Below are positions 7,004 to 13,366 of a DNA stretch of 64,000 bases, one piece after another. The notes below the pieces were generated by a model. That model worked only from the letters and a program-made list of their open reading frames with translations, ran no database searches and was not told the DNA's origin. The DNA is from a virus, in the IMG/VR virus record IMGVR_UViG_3300042389_001478, positions 1 through 64,000 of that record; one strand, 5' to 3'. The translations under genes and the position numbers were made by a program. The stretch's first letter is position 1. Each line of letters opens with the position of its first letter.

Positions 7004-7237
7004 TCACCGATAGATTCCATCGGAGATAACGTATCCATCGTTATCCACTTCGATGAACTCACCCTCATCGCCCATCGGAAAGAAATATTCGATCATGTTT
7101 CGATTGTTCTTTGCTTCGTCAAGCAATTCACCACCGATTGCATACTCAGTACCAACCAGCGTATCCAGTTCAACCGGATTGTTGTAGAGCACGTTTTCCA
7201 GTTCAACCCGATTCATGATGATTTTCGTATTCTTCAT
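7004..7237 (-). CDS. acidic hypothetical protein
   Basis: 77-aa ORF, D/E rich, RBS AAGGA. Confidence 0.7.
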   Translation of the reverse strand: MKNTKIIMNRVELENVLYNNPVELDTLVGTEYAIGGELLDEAKNNRNMIEYFFPMGDEGEFIEVDNDGYVISDGIYR

Positions 7238-7278
7238 TTTCTTATCCTTCTTTCTTTCTTCTTTTCTCTTATATCGAC

Positions 7279-7306
7279 ATTATACAGAGTATTCTTTAGG
7301 TTTCAA
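7279..7306 (-). promoter_or_regulatory. sigma70-type early promoter
   Basis: TTGAAA-16-TATAAT-GTCGATA. Confidence 0.7.
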
Positions 7307-7371
7307 GAGAAATTTTTGGATTTTTTCAAATATATTTTCATGCCAAACAAAATATTTTTATTTTTATACTT

Positions 7372-7388
7372 TGGAATACCATTTGCGT
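7372..7388 (+). promoter_or_regulatory. degenerate sigma54-like box
   Basis: TGGAATACCATTTGCGT (GG-N10-GC), 10 nt before dyad copy G. Confidence 0.45.
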
Positions 7389-7398
7389 ACATATTTGA

Positions 7399-7480
7399 CG
7401 TAAAGTATTGATACATAAGCACTTACATCAAATTTTCGTGAGTAAACATGCCCTAAGTCGTTACCCAACATGGGGTTAGG
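7399..7480 (+). repeat. 82-bp double-dyad element, copy G
   Basis: cgtaaagtatt-gatacat-aagcacttaca, 24-bp linker, cctaagtcgtt-acccaac-atggggttagg; 7401-7413 TAAAGTATTGATA matches the IHF consensus. Confidence 0.85.
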
Positions 7481-7619
7481 GGTTTTTCTGTTTCTACAGG
7501 ACATTAGACAAAGTTTCCCAAAAAGGCCAGGAGATCCACAAATAGTAAGCACCTCCTAAAATAAATGTAATACCTAAACCTTAATGGTAGCCCCTATGTG
7601 CTTCTTTTGTTTCTATCTG

Positions 7620-9227
7620 TTATTTATTAATGACTCTTTCCCAAGCTATCGAAACTTGTCTCGATATAGGATCATAAACCACAATCTTTATATCGTTAGC
7701 TCCTTTATGAAACCAGTTTCTATTCAACGAGATATTGAATCCGTGTCTGGGGCTACCAACCACTGGAATTAGCGCTGGCCTATACTGATTAGCCCACTGA
7801 CCAGCTACTACTCTTCCGTTAATAACTACTCTAACAAAAACCGGAGATACTCCAGATCTTTCGCTAAATGCCCATCCACTAATCCTATTCAATCTTAAAT
7901 ATCCAACACTGACCACGGGAGGAGCAACATTCACATTGGTTGACGCCACATTGCCCCACAAACCCGTGTTTGAGTCTCTTGCCTCCACGCTTATAACATG
8001 TTCCCCTATTGTGAGACCGCCCAGATTAAAAACAAATGACCCACCAACTCCAGTCCACATTAACCCTTTATCTGCACCATCTATTATTAGTCGTACACAA
8101 ATACTAGAGTTCGGAGAGTTAAGATCTTTAGCCCACCCACTAATACTTCTTAAATTCTGACTGATTATGGCTCCTGTTGGTAATATGTTTCCATCATAAG
8201 CAACCCCCAACACATTAGCCACGGCTGCTCCCATATTCAACTTTCCTCCGGTTGATACCTTTCCGAATAATTCTGGAAGCTTATCTACTGATCCAAAAAT
8301 AGCAGCCTTAACTTTTGAAATTGATAATCCAGGTTTAACAGAGTTCAACAAAGCTACAGCACCAGCCACTTGAGGAGCTGCCATACTAGTCCCCGCCATA
8401 TATCCATAATTATTATATGGAATAGTAGATAGTATCATGCTACCAGGAGCAGCAATATCTACATTAGTAGCTCCATAATTTGAAAAGCTAGCTAACTTTA
8501 TTCCATCATATCCTAAAGCCCCTACACTAATAATATTATCATTATCAAAACAACTAGGATATCTTAATGTAATATCATTATCGCTACCATTATTACCAGC
8601 CGCCACCGTCACCACCACCCCAGCATCATTTAATCTACCAATCGCCCCATACAACATATTACTAAAACCAGTCCCCCCACCCCAACTAGCATTAGCTACT
8701 ACCACATTTACTCCATAAGTATTCTTCATCATACTAATATAATCCATGGCTCGAATAGCCCCACCAGTATCCCCCACACCCTTATCATCCATAAACTTTA
8801 AAGCCATCAAGCTTACACCCCAATTAATTCCCGCAACCCCCAAGCTATTGCCCCCTTCTGCACCAATTATGCCAGCCACATGAGTTCCATGACCATATCT
8901 ATCCTGAACGTCATTAGTATTATTTGCAAAATTCCACCCATTAACATCGTCTATATATCCATTACCCTCATTATCTATACCATCTCCTTGTATCTCCCCA
9001 GGATTAGTCCATAAATTATTCACTAGATCTTGATTGGTTAAATCAATACCACTATCAATTACAGCAACCACAACATTTTTAGAGCCAGTACCATACTGCC
9101 ATGCTTGATAAGCTGAGATACTTTGCAAACCCCACTGATCATTAATTCGTGGGTCATTAGGAACTACTGATAATAACGTTTTGTTCTCTATAGACTCTGG
9201 ACCAGCTAACTTCCATGCTTTTTTCAT
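7620..9227 (-). CDS. S8 (subtilisin-family) serine protease with C-terminal Ig-like repeats
   Basis: Intact triad motifs VAVIDSG, YGHGTHVAG and GTSMAAPQV; two ISGWA repeats at the C-terminus; LEPRxLL-like leader ESIENKTLLS. Confidence 0.95.
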   Translation of the reverse strand: MKKAWKLAGPESIENKTLLSVVPNDPRINDQWGLQSISAYQAWQYGTGSKNVVVAVIDSGIDLTNQDLVNNLWTNPGEIQGDGIDNEGNGYIDDVNGWNFANNTNDVQDRYGHGTHVAGIIGAEGGNSLGVAGINWGVSLMALKFMDDKGVGDTGGAIRAMDYISMMKNTYGVNVVVANASWGGGTGFSNMLYGAIGRLNDAGVVVTVAAGNNGSDNDITLRYPSCFDNDNIISVGALGYDGIKLASFSNYGATNVDIAAPGSMILSTIPYNNYGYMAGTSMAAPQVAGAVALLNSVKPGLSISKVKAAIFGSVDKLPELFGKVSTGGKLNMGAAVANVLGVAYDGNILPTGAIISQNLRSISGWAKDLNSPNSSICVRLIIDGADKGLMWTGVGGSFVFNLGGLTIGEHVISVEARDSNTGLWGNVASTNVNVAPPVVSVGYLRLNRISGWAFSERSGVSPVFVRVVINGRVVAGQWANQYRPALIPVVGSPRHGFNISLNRNWFHKGANDIKIVVYDPISRQVSIAWERVINK

Positions 9228-9308
9228 TTGGTGTCCTACCTGGTTTTGTCATAAAATTTCCGCCCCAGACCTGACATTACCAGAAAAAACAAAGAAGTCA
9301 ATAGTTTT

Positions 9309-9593
9309 TTAATATTTTACTGGAACATAAACTGTCTGAGGAATTCTCACTATTTCATAGCGCTTATGAAAACACCATACTTTATGTTCTACTAATACAT
9401 CTTGATAAGTTGTAACAGGAACATATTGAGGAACTATTGGTACATTATAGTATTGAACCAATTGAAAGTTCTGGACTATTGGAGCTGGTTGAACCACAAT
9501 CGGAGGTCGATATACATAAGGAACCCACCCCTCATTCCCACAAGCCACACCGCTTACAACAAAGAAAAATATTCCAGCTAATATCTTTTTCAT
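9309..9593 (-). CDS. secreted Pro/Val/Tyr-rich small protein
   Basis: Start at MKKILAGIFFFVVSGVACG (signal peptide), then YRPPIVVQPAP-type repeats. Confidence 0.6.
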   Translation of the reverse strand: MKKILAGIFFFVVSGVACGNEGWVPYVYRPPIVVQPAPIVQNFQLVQYYNVPIVPQYVPVTTYQDVLVEHKVWCFHKRYEIVRIPQTVYVPVKY

Positions 9594-9745
9594 AAAAAAT
9601 CCCTCGTTAATAAAGTAAATTGACCGATTTCCACACATTATTTAATATCGACATCAGGCCCCTACAACCTTTAAAAAAATAATTCCAGATGACACCAATG
9701 CCACCTGGAACTATTAGTTTTAAATCAAAATAATAAACAAAATAA

Positions 9746-9979
9746 TCAACTAGAAACAACACTATCATTATTACTAGCATCAACAAGCTTATTCTTCCTT
9801 GGTCGTCCTCGTGCCTTCTTTAGAGCCAGCTTGCGCCTTTGACGACGAACCATTGCTGTTGTTACATTTTGGCCAGTTATTTGACTCAACTTCGATGCTA
9901 GTGCCTCATCACAAAGAAGAGAATGATTATTCTGAATATAATCAATTTCAGTAGTTGTCCATTTCTTATAATTTGCCAT
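9746..9979 (-). CDS. Myb/HTH-like DNA-binding protein with AT-hook
   Basis: KKWTTTEIDYI helix start and C-terminal RGRPRK. Confidence 0.7.
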   Translation of the reverse strand: MANYKKWTTTEIDYIQNNHSLLCDEALASKLSQITGQNVTTAMVRRQRRKLALKKARGRPRKNKLVDASNNDSVVSS

Positions 9980-10066
9980 AAAGTATTACTTTCCTAATTA
10001 AAGTTGACGAAAAGTGTAAACACTTTATTATACTAGTGTTTGGCAAGTTTTGTGCAAGGAGAGAAA

Positions 10067-10234
10067 ATGACTAATCCAGAAATTAATATTGTAGACTCCA
10101 TATTGACCGTAAAAGCTTCTGGTACTGATCTTAATATAAATCACGACCTAGAACTACCTCAAGGAAAGAGCATAGCACAACTATTATATGACCAAGAGAA
10201 CACAGAAATCCCCCAAGAAGAAGAATCCTGCTAA
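10067..10234 (+). CDS. hypothetical protein
   Basis: ATG at 10067 with AGGAGAG RBS; first gene of the plus-strand block. Confidence 0.55.
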   Translation: MTNPEINIVDSILTVKASGTDLNINHDLELPQGKSIAQLLYDQENTEIPQEEESC

Positions 10235-10844
10235 ACTCCCCAAAGGGGTCACAGAGGAGCAATTTTTAGCCGTATTAGACAATATTAGCAAAAGGCTAGG
10301 CCACAAATTCAAATTTGGCTATCACAGCTTTGAGGACATGAAACAACAAGCAGCAATCTTTGCTCTTGAAGGATTAGAAAAATATGATAATAGTCGCCCC
10401 CTAGAAAACTTCTTATGGACCCACGTAAGAAATCGTCTTTTTAATTACAAAAGAGATAACTATCAAAGGCCCGATAAACCCTGCTTAAGCTGTCCTCTAT
10501 ATGATGCTCATTGCAAGGTATCAACTAATCAGTGTTCCGAATATACTGACAAGAATGAGTGTGAATTATTTTCTGCTTGGGAAACTCGCAATAACTCTAA
10601 AAAGAATATTATGAAGCCCGTTGGCATGGAAGAAGTTCACGAAACATCATCCAGGAAACAATCAGAAATTCCAGACATGGTATTTAATCAACAAATTATC
10701 GAATTACTAGATAAACACATACCATCATCATGCCGAGAAACATATCTAAGATTAAAATATGGAGAGAAAATCTACAAGGCCGATATGTTAAAACTACACG
10801 CTGTTATTCAAGAGATACTCAGAGAACACAATTATGAGTACTAA
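10188..10844 (+). CDS. phage sigma70/ECF-like transcription factor (putative late sigma)
   Basis: Region-2-like EDMKQQAAIFALEGLEKYD...FLWTHVRNRLFNYKR; Cys-rich insert; region-4-like C-terminus; sits at the head of the structural operon. Confidence 0.75.
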   Translation: MTKRTQKSPKKKNPAKLPKGVTEEQFLAVLDNISKRLGHKFKFGYHSFEDMKQQAAIFALEGLEKYDNSRPLENFLWTHVRNRLFNYKRDNYQRPDKPCLSCPLYDAHCKVSTNQCSEYTDKNECELFSAWETRNNSKKNIMKPVGMEEVHETSSRKQSEIPDMVFNQQIIELLDKHIPSSCRETYLRLKYGEKIYKADMLKLHAVIQEILREHNYEY

Positions 10845-11664
10845 ACCTCCAAAAAAAAGAGGTCAACTAAGCTTAGAAGAAGAAAAATATATTAGAGATA
10901 ATATGACAACTTCTTCATTAGAAGATATAGCAGAATATTTGAATCGTAGTATTGCCCCAATAGAGAGATACATTTCAGAAGAACAATTAGCCAAAGACCC
11001 CACCGAACAAACTGATGAAAGAATATTAAGACAAAAATTACACAGCAAAAACTTTTGGGGAGAAATTAAAAGACAATTTGATGCTGATACCGGTGAACTA
11101 GAATACTTCGAAAGTCTCTGGACTAATCTGATAAAACAATTTAGAGAAGACGTATTGCCCGCAGAAGAACTTCAAATCAAACAATTTATTACAATTGATA
11201 TTCTGATTAATCGAAGCATGAAAGAACGAAAGCGTCATATTGCAGAAACTGAGAAACTTCAAAAGGAGGTTGATAAGGAGTATGCTAAACCCGAAAATGA
11301 ACGAGATATACCGAGACTTGCTAATCTCGAAACTCAGCTATCGTTTGCCCGCAACAGCATCGCTAATTATACTAATGAATATACCAAACTTCTTAATGAA
11401 CAGCAAAAAATTAGCAAAGATCTTAAAGCTACTCGTGAACAAAGAATAAAAAGAATAGAAGACGGTAAAAGTAGCTGGGTGGGTTTAATACGAATGCTAG
11501 AAGATGAAGAAGTAAGAGAAAGAGAAGGCAGAGAAATGGAAATTATTAGTATGGCCACAGATAAGATGAAAACCGTACTATATGATTACCATCAATATGC
11601 TGATAATACATTAGATATGCCATTTTTAACCCCGGACAGCGTTACTCAAAAGGATAATCAATGA
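10834..11664 (+). CDS. HTH plus coiled-coil protein, possible small terminase
   Basis: N-terminal SLEEEKYI...LEDIAEYLNRS HTH-like motif and long coiled coil; upstream of TerL. The function call is positional. Confidence 0.45.
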   Translation: MSTKPPKKRGQLSLEEEKYIRDNMTTSSLEDIAEYLNRSIAPIERYISEEQLAKDPTEQTDERILRQKLHSKNFWGEIKRQFDADTGELEYFESLWTNLIKQFREDVLPAEELQIKQFITIDILINRSMKERKRHIAETEKLQKEVDKEYAKPENERDIPRLANLETQLSFARNSIANYTNEYTKLLNEQQKISKDLKATREQRIKRIEDGKSSWVGLIRMLEDEEVREREGREMEIISMATDKMKTVLYDYHQYADNTLDMPFLTPDSVTQKDNQ

Positions 11665-12638
11665 AAACCGCACTCATCACAGGCGTCACAGGACAAGATG
11701 GATCTTATTTGGCTGACCTTTTATTAGATAAAGGATATAAGGTTATTGGTCTTCATAGACGAAGCAGCAGCAATAATTTTCAACGCATTCAGCACATTCT
11801 GCAACATGAGAATTTTAAGTTAGAAGAATTTGATCTAACAGACCCATATGGATGCAACAGAATCATATCTCAATATAAACCAGAAGAATTTTATAATTTG
11901 GGGGCTCAAAGTCACGTTGGAACCAGTTTTATACAACCAACCACAACATTCGAGATTAACGCGGTTGGAGTTATTAATATCTTAGAGGGAATAAGAAATC
12001 TATCTCCTTTAACCAAATTCTATCAAGCTAGCACCAGTGAAATGTTTGGACGAAACTATGTGGAAAAAAATGGACAAAGATATCAGGATGAGCAAACCAC
12101 CATGCTTCCACAAAGTCCATACGGAGTGGCTAAGTTGGCTAGTTATCATATGATTCAGATCTATCGGGCAGGATATAATTTATTCGCATGCTCAGGCATT
12201 CTTTTTAATCATGAAAGTCCTCGACGAGGGGAAAATTTTGTTACTAGAAAAATTACAAAATATATCGGGCAACTAGTTAAAGGTAAAACTAAAGACAAGT
12301 TACAGCTAGGCAACCTAGATGCTCATCGAGACTGGGGCCATGCTAAAGACTATGTAAAAGCTATGTGGCTAATGCTACAACAACCAAAGCCCGAAGACTA
12401 TGTTATCGCCACAGGACAAACTCACTCAGTTAAAGAATTTCTTGATCTAGCTTTTGAGTCAGTGAATCTTAATGCTCAAGATCATGTTAATATTAATAGT
12501 GATTTATTTAGACCAGCTGAAGTAGATTATCTTAAAGGAGATCCGTCTAAAGCCAAACTACAACTAGGTTGGTTAAATGAGACTTCTTTTAATTCATTAA
12601 TAGACGACATGATACAAAGCGATATAGCCAATGCTTAG
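11661..12638 (+). CDS. gmd: GDP-mannose 4,6-dehydratase
   Basis: ALITGVTGQDGSYLA, YNLGAQSHV, FYQASTSE, SPYGVAKL, LFNHESPRRG, RDWGHAKDYV motifs. Confidence 0.97.
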   Translation: MKTALITGVTGQDGSYLADLLLDKGYKVIGLHRRSSSNNFQRIQHILQHENFKLEEFDLTDPYGCNRIISQYKPEEFYNLGAQSHVGTSFIQPTTTFEINAVGVINILEGIRNLSPLTKFYQASTSEMFGRNYVEKNGQRYQDEQTTMLPQSPYGVAKLASYHMIQIYRAGYNLFACSGILFNHESPRRGENFVTRKITKYIGQLVKGKTKDKLQLGNLDAHRDWGHAKDYVKAMWLMLQQPKPEDYVIATGQTHSVKEFLDLAFESVNLNAQDHVNINSDLFRPAEVDYLKGDPSKAKLQLGWLNETSFNSLIDDMIQSDIANA

Positions 12639-12900
12639 AAATTTTGGTGATCCACAATATAAAAAATGGCGAAGTGCAGTATATAAAAGAGATCATTATC
12701 ATTGTAGATGGCCAAATTGTGTATTAAAAAGAAAGATAAATGCTCATCATATAAAAACCTGGGCACATTTCCCTGGCTTAAGATTTGATGTTAACAATGG
12801 CATCACATTGTGCAAATATCATCATGACCTTATTAAAGGTATGGAAAGCATATATGAGGCCACATTTTTAAAGATACTTGCCAATGATAAACTACAATAA
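12631..12900 (+). CDS. HNH endonuclease (packaging-associated type)
   Basis: WRSAVYKRDHYHC...AHHIK...RFDVNNGITLCKYHH. Confidence 0.9.
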   Translation: MLRNFGDPQYKKWRSAVYKRDHYHCRWPNCVLKRKINAHHIKTWAHFPGLRFDVNNGITLCKYHHDLIKGMESIYEATFLKILANDKLQ

Positions 12901-13366
12901 TTTTCATATCATAATAGACACAAGAGAACAACAGCCGTGGATTTTTGATCATCATATCACAGCTAATGAAAAGCTAGATACTGGAGATTATTCTGTTAGA
13001 GGTCTGGAAAATATACTATGCGTCGAAAGAAAAAAGAGTGTTGGCGAGGTAGCAACAAATATTACAGAAAAACGCTTTAAAGATGTTGTTGGAAGAATGT
13101 CTCAATTTAAGTATGCGTTTTTACTATTAGAGTTTAGCATGGATCAGCTACTATCCTATCCTGTTGGCTCGAATGTTCCAAGAAAAATGTGGGATAAAAT
13201 CAAGATCTCTCCTAACTTTATTCTAAAGCATCTAGTAGAACTTCAAGTATTTTTTAATATCAAAGTACTATTTTGCGGCTCGCCATCCAATGCCGAAAAA
13301 ATGGCATTATCTATTATGAAAAAGGTTTACGAAATTGAAGGACAACCAACAAAAGAAAATATTTGA
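12884..13366 (+). CDS. ERCC4/XPF-family structure-specific nuclease
   Basis: IIDTREQ...LDTGDYS...VERKK motif. Confidence 0.85.
   Translation: MINYNNFHIIIDTREQQPWIFDHHITANEKLDTGDYSVRGLENILCVERKKSVGEVATNITEKRFKDVVGRMSQFKYAFLLLEFSMDQLLSYPVGSNVPRKMWDKIKISPNFILKHLVELQVFFNIKVLFCGSPSNAEKMALSIMKKVYEIEGQPTKENI

Noticed and set aside
841-7403. Plus-strand ORFs overlapping the early region (for example 841-1353, 3392-3886, 4270-4755, 6559-6972)
   Set aside because: Antisense to promoter- and RBS-supported minus-strand genes, with no recognisable motifs.
62-7480. Dyad elements as a CRISPR array
   Set aside because: Repeats are separated by about 1.1 kb of intact genes, are not identical, and no cas genes are in the window.
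62-7480. 29-bp dyads as canonical XerCD dif sites
   Set aside because: dif is 11-6-11 with inner ATAA/TTAT; these are 11-7-11 with inner TT/AA and non-matching cores. A recombinase role remains only a hypothesis.
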